Of a stretch of DNA of 20,000 bases, positions 1-9,731 are shown piece after piece. This stretch comes from an uncultured virus (IMG/VR IMGVR_UViG_3300033146_001398) (Duplodnaviria > Heunggongvirae > Uroviricota > Caudoviricetes). Each line of letters begins with the position of its first letter. Within the stretch, counting starts at the first letter, position 1. Location: the IMG/VR virus record IMGVR_UViG_3300033146_001398; one strand, written 5' to 3'. The notes under the pieces were generated by a model. The model searched no databases. It had not been told where the DNA came from and saw nothing but the letters and a program-made list of their open reading frames with translations. Made by a program: the position numbers and the translations under genes.

Positions 1-594
1 TAAGGTTGCTGTAGTTCCAGTTTCTGTTAAATCACTGAGTATTCCGACTGGTAGCCAATTCCAACCCACAATTAACTCACTCGCTTCATAAGTTTTTGAA
101 TAGTAATTTGACGTTACATCATCACCATATCTAAATTCAAGACAAGTTCCAGTAGTTTCAAATTTAAGTAACGCAACTGAATCTTTAATATAAAACCATT
201 GACCTGCGTATTCAGCAGAATCTAAATTATTCGTTAAAGTAGTTATAGCCCAGCTTGCAGTAACTGAACTACTATCTTTAATTAAATTTTGTGCTGTATT
301 GTCAGTAGTTCCAGCACCAGTTTTAAAAATTAATATATTATTAGTAGTATTAGTTCCGGCTCCAGACCCAGTCATAGTATTACTGCCATCGTCATTTACT
401 GTTCCATCTGCGAGTGGAATTGGTGTAGTGAGTCCAGTATTAGTTAAACTTAGGCTATTATTGTTAATACCAAAGCCAACATATTTACCTACAGTGTAAA
501 GTGTCGAACTCAGACTAGCATTCTCAGTATACATACGATTAAGCATAATCTTTTTATTTGTATTCGGTTTTATTGTTGTAGTGCTCAAAGCCAT
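1..594 (-). CDS. Tail/baseplate-associated structural protein, 3'-truncated by window edge
   Basis: Not in ORF track. Manually translated from ATG at 594: MALSTTTIKPNTNKKIMLNRMYTENASLSSTLYTVGKYVGFGINNNSL..., open for 198 codons to position 1. Thr/Asn/Gly-rich, follows RBP gene, preceded by the conserved 16-bp motif. Confidence 0.8.
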   Translation of the reverse strand, partial: MALSTTTIKPNTNKKIMLNRMYTENASLSSTLYTVGKYVGFGINNNSLSLTNTGLTTPIPLADGTVNDDGSNTMTGSGAGTNTTNNILIFKTGAGTTDNTAQNLIKDSSSVTASWAITTLTNNLDSAEYAGQWFYIKDSVALLKFETTGTCLEFRYGDDVTSNYYSKTYEASELIVGWNWLPVGILSDLTETGTTATL

Positions 595-616
595 AGTATT
601 TATTCCTTATTATTTA

Positions 617-632
617 TATTTAAAAATAATTA
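617..632 (-). promoter_or_regulatory. Conserved intergenic motif TAATTATTTTTAAATA, copy 1 (TATA-box-like promoter)
   Basis: Exact 16-mer; first 3 nt are the stop codon of 630..2975; ends 23 nt before ATG at 594. Confidence 0.7.
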
Positions 633-2975
633 TTCAAATTTTATATTAATTGCTGGTTTTACCAGTTTATCTTCATCATTATACGTGTTTTTAATCAGTA
701 TGTTATCTGAACTTGAGCCAGACCAAGTTTGTAATTTAACACCGAAACCGTTCGAAATTCCAGTTAGCGTAGTCTTTTGACCATCTTCAAATTCTTGCCA
801 AGTAGTACCACCGTCAAATGATAAATTTGCACTATTTTTATCTACAGAATCAATATTTAATATCTTATTTGTCTCATCATCATCTAATATTTTATTAAAT
901 ATCATTGGTTTTGTTACAACACCATTAAACATTGTATTAACACCATGATTTGACTTACTAATTCTTAGGTTTTGTGTACCATATGCAGTGTATATAATAT
1001 CACTACCAATACTAACTGTTTCGTCTTTCACTAATATGTTATTAGAATATATTAATAATCTCATATAACCATTGCCACCAGAAGCGTCTGGATGATAATA
1101 TCCAATTGTTTTATATATAGTATTTATCACCGGTGCTGACATAGTTAATGTATATGTTGGTCCGGATGCGTCATTCATTCTCCCACAACTAAAAACTAAA
1201 GCACTATTTGTATGATAAAAGTTCCAATTATAATGGTTCATACTAAATGAAGAATTACTTGGTAAATGGTTCAAAAGAACTTCTTGATAAAATGTCATAT
1301 CACCAGAGTCAAATTCATTTACTGTACTGTTAACATCTAAATATGTTCCATTATCTTCTGACCCTGTAGATTGTCCCCAGAACTCATACCCAGTTATTGT
1401 GTTACTGTTAACATCTGTTTTTGTTACTAATGGATTATCTAACTTATGTTCGCTAGTTGCATTATATAAATTTAACATATCATCGTCTGTTAATGCAACA
1501 TTATTTAATATAATAATTTCATCATCTGTTTCTGGTTTACCTGTTTGATACAAATTCTTTGTTGTAAACGTATCAATATTTCCTGATGAAATTGTATTAC
1601 TTGCAGTTTGTACTCCATCAACATATCTCTTAACTGTCGTGCCGTCCCATACAACACCTAATGTATGATACACGTCATATTCATCTAATATATCTGTACC
1701 ACTATATTTTGTAACTCCTGATTTCTTTATCGCCCACTGGTATGCATTCTTATTACCTGGAGACCAAGTTGGTTCATTATAACTATATAATAAAGAACTT
1801 CCTATAGAAGATGATAATTTTGATATTGCACTATCTGTTGCCCCTTTATTCATTTTTGTAATAATTACTACAGTTAATTTATCACTTCCACCTAATGTCA
1901 TTGGAAAATCTATTTCTTGCCCAGCAGTATCTCCAGTGTAAGCACTATCTTCATTACCAAATCTATCAGTTGTTAATGTTGCACCAGTTACAACACCATC
2001 ATTGCTATTTACACTTCCATCTGCTGCAGGATTACTAATATCTGCTGTAGTTAAATTTCTTATTTGTGATATATTATATAAATTTAAAAACCCATTATCA
2101 GTTATTGTATTATCAGTAATTAACGCGTCGTCCATCGAGCCTTTAAGTGGAAGAGACGATGTCCCACCCGCACCAAATTGTAGTTTTGTTCTAACTGTCG
2201 TCGACGTTCCCGTTGATGTCATCGCGCAAGTTTCTTTAATTCCATCAATAAAAATATCTACATCACCTAATACTCTGGCAGTGCCAGGTGTTATTGTGTT
2301 ATTTATTCTAAATCCAACTTGATGATATTCGCCCGATGTTAAAGATGTAGTTGAATCCCAAAATGCACCAGGTGTACCACCTATAAGAAAACGTAATGTG
2401 CCGTCAGACATAATATAAAAATATGAAAATGTTTCATAAATACTTAATGTTTGCGGTGATGTATGAGGCACATATCTAATAGTAAACAACTGGGACTTAG
2501 TATCAAAATTATCAAGCGAAAAAACATTTTTATGAAGATTACCAGACGTAAACTCACATGCATTATTACTATTCCCGAATCTATCATCAACTAAAGTTAT
2601 TGTGCCTGTTGCCATAAGGTCATTATTATTCTCACTTAAATCAGTATAATCACCAACAAATGGATAATACGCTTCAGTATTACTTGCGATAGCAGGTGTT
2701 TCGCCACTATAATTAAACGGATAATATGCAGTTGTATTTATATAATATTGTCCGCCAAAAGAACTTTCACTATAGTCGGATACGGTGCCTAAGTTAGGTT
2801 GCTCGTCTAAATTTAAATATAACTCGCAATTTTCAAAAAACCAATTAATAGCCGACACAAAACCATTTTCTACAACACCAAAATCTAATGTTGCAAAAGA
2901 ATAATCGTTATATCCATATGCCACGTAAGTAGTTTGTAATTTTGCTCCTATTTTTGTAAATTCTATTTCTCCCAT
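630..2975 (-). CDS. Receptor-binding/tail protein with three LamG (concanavalin A-like) domains
   Basis: 781 aa; AYYPF x2, DRFGN x2, YHTLGVVWDGTTVKRYVDG, domain-closing LNLYN x2 and IFNKILDDDE; C-terminal LSFDGGTTWQE; directly downstream of hub gene. Confidence 0.85.
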   Translation of the reverse strand: MGEIEFTKIGAKLQTTYVAYGYNDYSFATLDFGVVENGFVSAINWFFENCELYLNLDEQPNLGTVSDYSESSFGGQYYINTTAYYPFNYSGETPAIASNTEAYYPFVGDYTDLSENNNDLMATGTITLVDDRFGNSNNACEFTSGNLHKNVFSLDNFDTKSQLFTIRYVPHTSPQTLSIYETFSYFYIMSDGTLRFLIGGTPGAFWDSTTSLTSGEYHQVGFRINNTITPGTARVLGDVDIFIDGIKETCAMTSTGTSTTVRTKLQFGAGGTSSLPLKGSMDDALITDNTITDNGFLNLYNISQIRNLTTADISNPAADGSVNSNDGVVTGATLTTDRFGNEDSAYTGDTAGQEIDFPMTLGGSDKLTVVIITKMNKGATDSAISKLSSSIGSSLLYSYNEPTWSPGNKNAYQWAIKKSGVTKYSGTDILDEYDVYHTLGVVWDGTTVKRYVDGVQTASNTISSGNIDTFTTKNLYQTGKPETDDEIIILNNVALTDDDMLNLYNATSEHKLDNPLVTKTDVNSNTITGYEFWGQSTGSEDNGTYLDVNSTVNEFDSGDMTFYQEVLLNHLPSNSSFSMNHYNWNFYHTNSALVFSCGRMNDASGPTYTLTMSAPVINTIYKTIGYYHPDASGGNGYMRLLIYSNNILVKDETVSIGSDIIYTAYGTQNLRISKSNHGVNTMFNGVVTKPMIFNKILDDDETNKILNIDSVDKNSANLSFDGGTTWQEFEDGQKTTLTGISNGFGVKLQTWSGSSSDNILIKNTYNDEDKLVKPAINIKFE

Positions 2976-2976
2976 T

Positions 2977-4692
2977 TTATACCGTCCAAGTTATTCCGTC
3001 ACTTTCTACACTGTCATAAAATTCATCATCATATAATATTTCTTTAAAAATATTATCGCCAGGTACTAAAAATAATAATAATTCAGTAGAAGCGGGTTGT
3101 CCTAGAGCATTAGTTCCAAGAACACCTGCAACAGGAGACCCCAATACAAATCCAGCTGAAACAGTCTCACCAATTTTTGTATCACCAATAGTATCTCTAC
3201 CTATTACAAAACCATTATTCATTAATCGTTTATAACCAGCAACATATCTATTTTCCATATTAAATTCAAAATCTAAATTAAATATATTAATTAATAAATC
3301 TGTAGTTCTAGATTCTTTTTCTTCTAATCTTTTTATTCTATCTGCTGCGTTAGTCTCAAAATCATATGTTCTAGAAATTTCATCACCTAACGTAACTTCA
3401 TCGGGTTTATAAGGGTAAAACCATTTAAGTGTAGATATTAACATTGTTTCATCTATATTATTAACACTATCAACTACTCTATACTTCCTACCAACTATAA
3501 CTTCACTTGCACCTGTTATTTCTACAGTTGAACTTTTAAATGGCGTAGAATATCTATCTAAATAATTGTTCATAAAAACTTCTGCATCTTGAGCTGTTTT
3601 AATATCATCTTTTTTAATTGTAGTTTCATGTAAACCGTATGAATCAATAGAGTCTAATCGTGTCCCGCTAACAGCAGAAGGTAAGTTATATGTATATTTT
3701 ATTTCAATATTATTTGTGCCTACAAGAGGCTTAAAACTTGGTTCAGTTCCTTTGCTTGTATCTTCAAAAAATATAGATTTAACTCTAAAATCTGGATCGT
3801 AAGTATAGTCGAAAGAACCAGAACTTGAGCCTGTTTTTCCACCTGTTTTTAAATTAGTGCTCGTGTTAGATGGTTTGACACCACTTGCAGGTGTATACGA
3901 ACCAACACCAACATAAATTTCCATAGATATAGGAGTAAATGCTAATTGTATAGTTTGCGCGTCTGTATTATCTCCGTCGTGATATATAGTTTCTTCTACA
4001 GCTTGCATCGCAGCATCTACAAATAATTTGTTTACTATCTTATTGTAATCAATATCCCATTCTGGTTGGTTAACAATATTTGTTCCTACTTCTAAAACTG
4101 TTGTTTCTTCTATAAAGCCCACTGGTTCAAAATAAATTTTATCAGTATTAGGTTCATAATAAGTTTGCCAATCCATAGAAACAGTTAAATCGTCACAACG
4201 TTCAAAAACCATATTATGATTACAAATAAATTTATCTAAAGTGTACACGTCACCAGTTGGTTGAATGGTTGAAGAATCACAATCTAACTCAGCATATCTA
4301 GTAATTAGTGTAGTAAATATATCACTAATAATTCCAGCTTCGTCATCTATATTTTTATCGAAAGATGTCGTGGCTTCTCTAGTTTGAGCTTGATAATATT
4401 TATCTTTGCAACTTAAAATAACACCATGCGGAGCAATTGTATAATTAACTGCAAAGCCTCTGAACTTATAATTTTCTGTAGCAGAAGAAACACCGCGCTG
4501 TACTGTAATAATAGCGTTACCTAATTCACTTTCCAAATCTATAATATTGAATATAGAAGAGTTAAGAACAATCATGCAGTCTGCAACGACTCCTTTATAC
4601 TCTCCTTCGCCGTCCGCTTCTACAACATAGGAAGTTATGTCAGTAGAGTTAAGCATAAATTTATACTTATCAGGACTATTTTCTAATACCAT
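2977..4692 (-). CDS. Baseplate hub / Tal-like tail tip protein (571 aa; start moved from 4794 to 4692)
   Basis: Second gene after tape measure; hub-like motifs FRGFAVNY, YYEPNTDKIYF, IVNKLFV, DSIDSYGLHE. ATG at 4692 lies 1 nt after the upstream stop (TAA-A-ATG) and removes a 100-nt overlap. Confidence 0.75.
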   Translation of the reverse strand: MVLENSPDKYKFMLNSTDITSYVVEADGEGEYKGVVADCMIVLNSSIFNIIDLESELGNAIITVQRGVSSATENYKFRGFAVNYTIAPHGVILSCKDKYYQAQTREATTSFDKNIDDEAGIISDIFTTLITRYAELDCDSSTIQPTGDVYTLDKFICNHNMVFERCDDLTVSMDWQTYYEPNTDKIYFEPVGFIEETTVLEVGTNIVNQPEWDIDYNKIVNKLFVDAAMQAVEETIYHDGDNTDAQTIQLAFTPISMEIYVGVGSYTPASGVKPSNTSTNLKTGGKTGSSSGSFDYTYDPDFRVKSIFFEDTSKGTEPSFKPLVGTNNIEIKYTYNLPSAVSGTRLDSIDSYGLHETTIKKDDIKTAQDAEVFMNNYLDRYSTPFKSSTVEITGASEVIVGRKYRVVDSVNNIDETMLISTLKWFYPYKPDEVTLGDEISRTYDFETNAADRIKRLEEKESRTTDLLINIFNLDFEFNMENRYVAGYKRLMNNGFVIGRDTIGDTKIGETVSAGFVLGSPVAGVLGTNALGQPASTELLLFLVPGDNIFKEILYDDEFYDSVESDGITWTV

Positions 4693-4693
4693 T

Positions 4694-5197
4694 TTATATA
4701 TAAGCAACATACAAAGATAAACTAAAAGGTTGTTTATCGGGGCTTGCTTCTTCTTCTGTAAAACTAAAATTTGTAACATAAATTTTTGTAACATTAAGTG
4801 TTGCAGGAATTATCGCACCTTCAACATTTGCTGCTGTAGGAATAGATGAAGATTCAACACTTAAATCTTCATAATTACTAGTAAATGCTTTAGCAGTTTG
4901 TAAGCCGTTTTGTAGCGCTTCTAGCCAGTATTTCATTTGTTTTATAGAAGTTATTTGCGGCGCGTTAGTACCTGTAACAACAGTTGTTTCAGATGAATAT
5001 AAAATACCAGTGATACTAATCATTTTATTAGACCCGTTAAAATCATTACCTATATTAGCTGCTGGTCCTGAGCCAGGCATTACTGTTTGTGTAACATCTG
5101 AAGTAATTGTAGAACTAATAGAATCTATCATCGCTGTTTCAAAAGTAAAAGTATGGTCATTCGCGCCCACTTCAATAGTTATAGTTACATCTGTCAT
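4694..5197 (-). CDS. Distal tail protein (Dit)-like
   Basis: 167 aa immediately after tape measure; beta-rich with ISITGIL and IYVTNFSFTEE...FSLSL patterns typical of tube-fold Dit/initiator proteins. Confidence 0.65.
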   Translation of the reverse strand: MTDVTITIEVGANDHTFTFETAMIDSISSTITSDVTQTVMPGSGPAANIGNDFNGSNKMISITGILYSSETTVVTGTNAPQITSIKQMKYWLEALQNGLQTAKAFTSNYEDLSVESSSIPTAANVEGAIIPATLNVTKIYVTNFSFTEEEASPDKQPFSLSLYVAYI

Positions 5198-5200
5198 TTA

Positions 5201-7177
5201 TTATGCTCTCCCTGTCTTACTAGACCTTTTCATTCGTTCTATTCTGTTTAAAGCTGAATAGTATTTACCAGCCCAACTTTCTACTCGTTTAGCAGCGTCT
5301 TTAGCTATATCAGCTACTTCATTCATACCTGTAGCGAAGTTTTTAGACGAATCTATCATATTTGTCATCCCATTTTTATACGACGTTACAACAGTTCCTT
5401 CTGTACCTAACGCTTTTGTAGTAATAATATTCATATTGTCAGTCATATTTAAAAAACCATCTTTTGTATTTGTGTTAAGTATACTCATAGCTTTTAGTGT
5501 TGTATCACCTACATTACTAGTCATATCAACAAAATTATCAGATACTGTTGCATTAAATAATTCCATTTGTTTTGACGCAGTAGCATTTATAGTGTCGAAC
5601 GAACTGTCCATTACGTTTATATTGGTAGTCTTTGTATCACCAGCTGCACCATCATCAGAAAAACTAGCACTAGTATTAGTACCTAATATTTTCATTTGTT
5701 CAGTAACAATTGTATTCATATGTTCAAGACCTTTTTCAAAATTATCTGGAATTATTGAGTTACCATAATAATTAGTCATCAAAGTATTTTCATGTTCAAG
5801 ACCACTTTTTCTGCTATTATAATCTTTTAATGCAGCTTTACTTATTTCTTCACTCCATCTATCTTGAAATATTCGCACTTCTTTTAATTTAGCTGCGTTT
5901 TCATCTGTATACAACTTAGCTAATTCAGCTTTACTTGATTTAAAAGATGCAATAATTGACATAACAGGATTTATAGACTCTAATAGCGATCTATCTTCAA
6001 AATTAAAAAATCCTTTTATCATTGCTTTAAATCTATCTCCAGTAGTAACATCAGAAGTAGTAACTGTTTTAATTAATGTTTTTCGTTCTTGTGCCATTAA
6101 TGCATCTCGAGATGATAAATCAAGTGCTAGCAATGCATCATTAACTTCTCTAATTCCTGCAGCGTATTCAGCCAGAGGTTCTTTAGCTTCTTTTGCTGCT
6201 TTAATAAAATCATCAGTTGCACTAATAATAGAATCGTCATCTCCTGTTAGTACAGCAGCAACAAGTTTTACACCATCTTGTGTTTCTTTTCTAACTGTAT
6301 TCCATATTTTTTCTAATTCAACAATATCAAAACCTTCACCAAATAACTCAGAAATGTTTTTCATTTTCTGACTAACAATACTTTCAGATTTAGTTATAGC
6401 CTCATCAATAGTATCATAAGAATCTTTTAAAATTCTAAATGAATTTGCAAATAATACAGTTTCTGTAACGCCTTCAGCGGCAGCAGATTGCCATTTAGTC
6501 ATCGCAGTAGCAAACTGTTCTCCTAAACCAAGCATATCTGCGATTGGCGATATTAAAAAATCAGTAAACCCACTAAACATTAGTCCAGCAGTGTCTAAAC
6601 TTCCTTTCATACCTTTAGTTATTAACGTATTTCCAGCTTCGTCATTACCTTCAAGCTTTTCTTTCATACCTTGTGCAACTAATGAGTTAGCTGCAGCCAT
6701 TCCTTGAATCGCTATTTTTCTAAACGGCATCATAAAAGCATTCATTGCTTGAAGAATTGGTCTCATCATTGCAAAAATTGGCACTATTAAAAACATAAAT
6801 GCTTCACTAATAGGTTTTAAGAACGTTTTTAAAAAGCCGCCTATTTGACTCAACATTTCCATAACAGGAGAAAATAAAGAAACAGCGCCAACTACAGCTA
6901 TTAAAGATAGTGATACAGTTTTAAGAAAACTTAAACCACTTTTAAGCATCTTCATTGCACCTCCTAACATATTTCCTAAACCACCTGACTTTCCGCCAGA
7001 ATTTGTAGAACTTGATTTAGAATCTGGAATAACTGATTCAGCTGTTTTTAAAGAATCTGAAACCATATCAACGACTCCTTTACCGATTCCACTCATTAAA
7101 GACTCTAGTTGTTTAACTAACTTATCATCTTGTAATTCCACAGGAATTTTCATTGACATTGATATATTTTCAGCCAT
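5201..7177 (-). CDS. Tail tape measure protein
   Basis: 658 aa, Ala/Met/Lys-rich and helical-looking, hydrophobic stretch near aa 80-140, located after tube and chaperone genes. Confidence 0.88.
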   Translation of the reverse strand: MAENISMSMKIPVELQDDKLVKQLESLMSGIGKGVVDMVSDSLKTAESVIPDSKSSSTNSGGKSGGLGNMLGGAMKMLKSGLSFLKTVSLSLIAVVGAVSLFSPVMEMLSQIGGFLKTFLKPISEAFMFLIVPIFAMMRPILQAMNAFMMPFRKIAIQGMAAANSLVAQGMKEKLEGNDEAGNTLITKGMKGSLDTAGLMFSGFTDFLISPIADMLGLGEQFATAMTKWQSAAAEGVTETVLFANSFRILKDSYDTIDEAITKSESIVSQKMKNISELFGEGFDIVELEKIWNTVRKETQDGVKLVAAVLTGDDDSIISATDDFIKAAKEAKEPLAEYAAGIREVNDALLALDLSSRDALMAQERKTLIKTVTTSDVTTGDRFKAMIKGFFNFEDRSLLESINPVMSIIASFKSSKAELAKLYTDENAAKLKEVRIFQDRWSEEISKAALKDYNSRKSGLEHENTLMTNYYGNSIIPDNFEKGLEHMNTIVTEQMKILGTNTSASFSDDGAAGDTKTTNINVMDSSFDTINATASKQMELFNATVSDNFVDMTSNVGDTTLKAMSILNTNTKDGFLNMTDNMNIITTKALGTEGTVVTSYKNGMTNMIDSSKNFATGMNEVADIAKDAAKRVESWAGKYYSALNRIERMKRSSKTGRA

Positions 7178-7183
7178 TTTATT

Positions 7184-7387
7184 TTATTTACTAAACATTT
7201 GATAAACTGTATCAAACTTTTTCTCCCATTCTAATATCCCATGAGCAACTAATTCTAGTTCTAACGGGTCTTCTTTACGTAATTGCGACGGTAAGCAATT
7301 AAAAGCTTTACATAAATATGAAATACCTTTAATTTCTCTTGCAATCCCACTAACAGGATTACCTTTACTTATCGACGCAGTTAATCG
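7184..7387 (-). CDS. -1 frameshift extension of tail assembly chaperone (gpT-like part of a gpGT-type fusion)
   Basis: Open -1 frame RLTASISKGNPVSGIAREIKGISYLCKAFNCLPSQLRKEDPLELELVAHGILEWEKKFDTVYQMFSK* (67 aa) fills the gap before the tape measure; no usable own start codon; begins at slippery heptamer. Confidence 0.85.
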   Translation of the reverse strand, partial: RLTASISKGNPVSGIAREIKGISYLCKAFNCLPSQLRKEDPLELELVAHGILEWEKKFDTVYQMFSK

Positions 7388-7764
7388 TTTTTTATTGCAT
7401 TAACTTCTTTTTCTTCTTCAGGTGTGTTTAATTTTTGAATCTCGTCATAAATCGCTTCAATTAAAATATGGTCTGTTCCTCGTATTGCTCTAGTTCTAAA
7501 CTTAGTTTCTGCTTCACTTAAACCACCTGCAACGTCAGTAATTGTTTTCAAGCCTAAAGACTCTGCTTCTAATATACCATATATTAACCAAGCTAATTTA
7601 GCTTTTGCTGGATTCATTGTTGCTTTCTTTTTACCTGTTGAATCAATTTCAATAGTAAGTGATTCAGCAGTCATGTCGTTTTTAAATCCGAAATTCATTT
7701 TCCAGATTGTAATTACGTCATTTTCGCCCATACCGGGTAGTCCTTTTAATTCTTTTGTGTCCAT
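7381..7764 (-). CDS. Tail assembly chaperone (gpG-like)
   Basis: 127 aa between tail tube and tape measure, acidic C-terminus, ends in slippery sequence. Confidence 0.85.
   Translation of the reverse strand: MDTKELKGLPGMGENDVITIWKMNFGFKNDMTAESLTIEIDSTGKKKATMNPAKAKLAWLIYGILEAESLGLKTITDVAGGLSEAETKFRTRAIRGTDHILIEAIYDEIQKLNTPEEEKEVNAIKND
7387..7393 (-). other. Programmed -1 ribosomal frameshift slippery site A AAA AAC
   Basis: ...GCA ATA AAA AAC GAT TAA: X XXY YYZ heptamer in the correct phase, one codon before the chaperone stop. Confidence 0.85.
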
Positions 7765-7778
7765 TATTATTTTATACC

Positions 7779-8789
7779 TTATACATCTACTTCAGTTATA
7801 TAAACTAACTTAGGTGTGATTACTATATTTTCTTTACTAACATTTGGATAATCTTCTTGTAAAGGATTTTCTCCAATTTTACATTGTAGACAAATAATAT
7901 TAATTATTCTGTCAGCATCTTTTTGTAATTTTACAGTTATGCTAGCAATTTCTGTAGGAATTCCTAAAGTTGTTGCATCACCCATAAAGTCGTCCATAAA
8001 AGCTGTTCCTTCTCTAGTCATATTTAATTTTAGTGAGAAGTCTCTACCTTTTTCTTTACTTTCTTTAGCAATATCAGAGCCCATTCCCCATAACAATTCT
8101 AATTCATTAGTTACAGATAATTCAAATGATTCTGTAATATTATTAATTGGTGAACCAGTTGGGTACTCAAATGACGCGTCTATAAAATGATAAGGGTCTT
8201 CAGTTGGTAAAGCAATTGGGTCGTCTAAAGTAGTGCTACCTTTTAAATCTGCAAATGCACCATCTAAAGCAACAGTACACGGTTCTCCAACACTTCCTGA
8301 TACTGTACAACTGCCAACTTTCCAGCCAAGCATTTTCCATACTTTATCTACAGCATCCCCACTACCATCAAAGTAATAGTTAGTTGATATAGATAGTGAC
8401 GGAATTTTTAAATAATTTCTTTTATCACTATCTGTAGCTGCAGTAGCTTGTGGATAATTAAACGGTGAAGCCACACTTCCTGCGCCTGAAACAGTTCCAA
8501 GAACATATTTCATAAAATCAAATGTTACTGGATTAAATGATACATTAACAGAACCTTCAAATTTTCCTCGAACAATTCGTTGCGTATCTCTTGATGTTAA
8601 CTCTGTATTTGCAGACGGCAAATTACCACTAATACCTTTAATTTTAATTAAGCTTCTAGATAAGTTTGAGCCGAAACTTTGTAAAAAATTAAAAGACTTA
8701 TTTAATGCTGCAGGTTCTGTTGCAAATGTAGTTTCTTCTCCAAATACTACATATTGATCGATTCCAGTTCTAATTGTATTTTGTGCCAT
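7779..8789 (-). CDS. Major tail tube protein
   Basis: 336 aa; N-terminal GIDQYVVFGEETTFATEP, and ESFELSVTNEL...GRDFSLKL patterns resemble Phage_tube_2-type tube proteins; position after terminator. Confidence 0.85.
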   Translation of the reverse strand: MAQNTIRTGIDQYVVFGEETTFATEPAALNKSFNFLQSFGSNLSRSLIKIKGISGNLPSANTELTSRDTQRIVRGKFEGSVNVSFNPVTFDFMKYVLGTVSGAGSVASPFNYPQATAATDSDKRNYLKIPSLSISTNYYFDGSGDAVDKVWKMLGWKVGSCTVSGSVGEPCTVALDGAFADLKGSTTLDDPIALPTEDPYHFIDASFEYPTGSPINNITESFELSVTNELELLWGMGSDIAKESKEKGRDFSLKLNMTREGTAFMDDFMGDATTLGIPTEIASITVKLQKDADRIINIICLQCKIGENPLQEDYPNVSKENIVITPKLVYITEVDV

Positions 8790-8977
8790 TATTCTTCTTC
8801 CTCTATAATTTTTGGTGTTACTTTCTTAACTTTAGTAACAATTTCTTTAAATTTGTCGTTGTATCCCTCAGGAACGGTGTCTACTTTGTCCCCAGAATTC
8901 AGAACTTTTACTATAACGTCATTGCCGCTTTTTACTGCAACTTTCAGTTTTTCCGCTCCTGTATATTCGTATACCAT
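8789..8977 (-). CDS. Small hypothetical protein (62 aa) in neck/tail operon
   Basis: Fills the gap between terminator and tube genes; TAATG stop/start overlap with the tube gene. Confidence 0.7.
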   Translation of the reverse strand: MVYEYTGAEKLKVAVKSGNDVIVKVLNSGDKVDTVPEGYNDKFKEIVTKVKKVTPKIIEEEE

Positions 8978-8985
8978 CTTTTTAA

Positions 8986-9666
8986 TTATGCAAATTCTAT
9001 TACTTCAAATTTATCAGGTATTGCAAAACTAATAAATTTGCTAAAAGTTTTCTTTGTGTTGTCGCTAAAATTATCATATTCAGCAACACTCGTTTGAGTG
9101 ATAAAAGAGAAATTGTAAAAATTTTTACAATTTTGTCCTAAGTAATTTTTAATATAATTAATTAATACATCAATATTATATGTGTCAGAATCTACTACTT
9201 TTATTTGTAATAAACCTTCATGTTTATTAGCATAACCAGCGCCGCCCGTAGCTCCGCCAGGTGTAGTATTAAAATTAAGCATAAAACCTATTCTAGGATA
9301 TGAATTTTCTGTTAAGTCATCACGTGGAAAATCTTGATAAATAAAATTACCAGTAGTATTTTCGCCATATATTACAGTTAATGTATCACCACTAGAAGCG
9401 CCACTAATAATTTGTAATGAACCTATATTAGGTCCTTGTAGTATTACAGTCCACTCAGTCCCATATTTTAAAGATACTGCGTTAACTTTAATATCTTTAA
9501 TAAAACTTAATCTAGAGCTCAAGAAATAGTATCCAGTAGCATCGTATGTAAGAGATTTAGTTACTTCTTCTATTCTGGTTTTTACATCATAAGAATTTAT
9601 ATTTGCTCTAAGACTATTAAGAATCTCTTTCTTCATATCTATTATATCTAATGTAGTGTTTACCAT
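8986..9666 (-). CDS. Tail terminator protein with inserted beta-domain
   Basis: 226 aa; FIYQDFP...SYPRIGF and LQIKVVD patterns typical of tail terminators; lies between gp10-like gene and tube. Confidence 0.7.
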   Translation of the reverse strand: MVNTTLDIIDMKKEILNSLRANINSYDVKTRIEEVTKSLTYDATGYYFLSSRLSFIKDIKVNAVSLKYGTEWTVILQGPNIGSLQIISGASSGDTLTVIYGENTTGNFIYQDFPRDDLTENSYPRIGFMLNFNTTPGGATGGAGYANKHEGLLQIKVVDSDTYNIDVLINYIKNYLGQNCKNFYNFSFITQTSVAEYDNFSDNTKKTFSKFISFAIPDKFEVIEFA

Positions 9667-9675
9667 AATTAACCA

Positions 9676-9700
9676 GCTCTTGCTAATACTAGGCTCTTGC
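9676..9700 (-). repeat. Tandem GCAAGAGC direct repeat, each forming a hairpin apex (GC-AAGA-GC)
   Basis: + strand gctcttgc at 9676-9683 and 9693-9700; minus strand reads AGGC-AAGA-GCCT and TTAGC-AAGA-GCTGG. Confidence 0.7.
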
Positions 9701-9731
9701 CTTAATAATATATTAAATTTACATATATCTA

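Noticed and set aside
611..618. T4-type late promoter TATAAATA next to motif copy 1
   Set aside because: Present at only one of the four motif copies; the shared core is TTTAAATA.
4693..4794. N-terminal 34-aa extension of the hub ORF from 4794
   Set aside because: Overlaps the Dit-like gene by about 100 nt; ATG at 4692 fits the recurrent TAA-A-ATG junction.
7779..8789. Tail sheath / contractile tail interpretation
   Set aside because: Motifs fit a tube protein; no separate sheath or baseplate wedge genes between terminator and tape measure.
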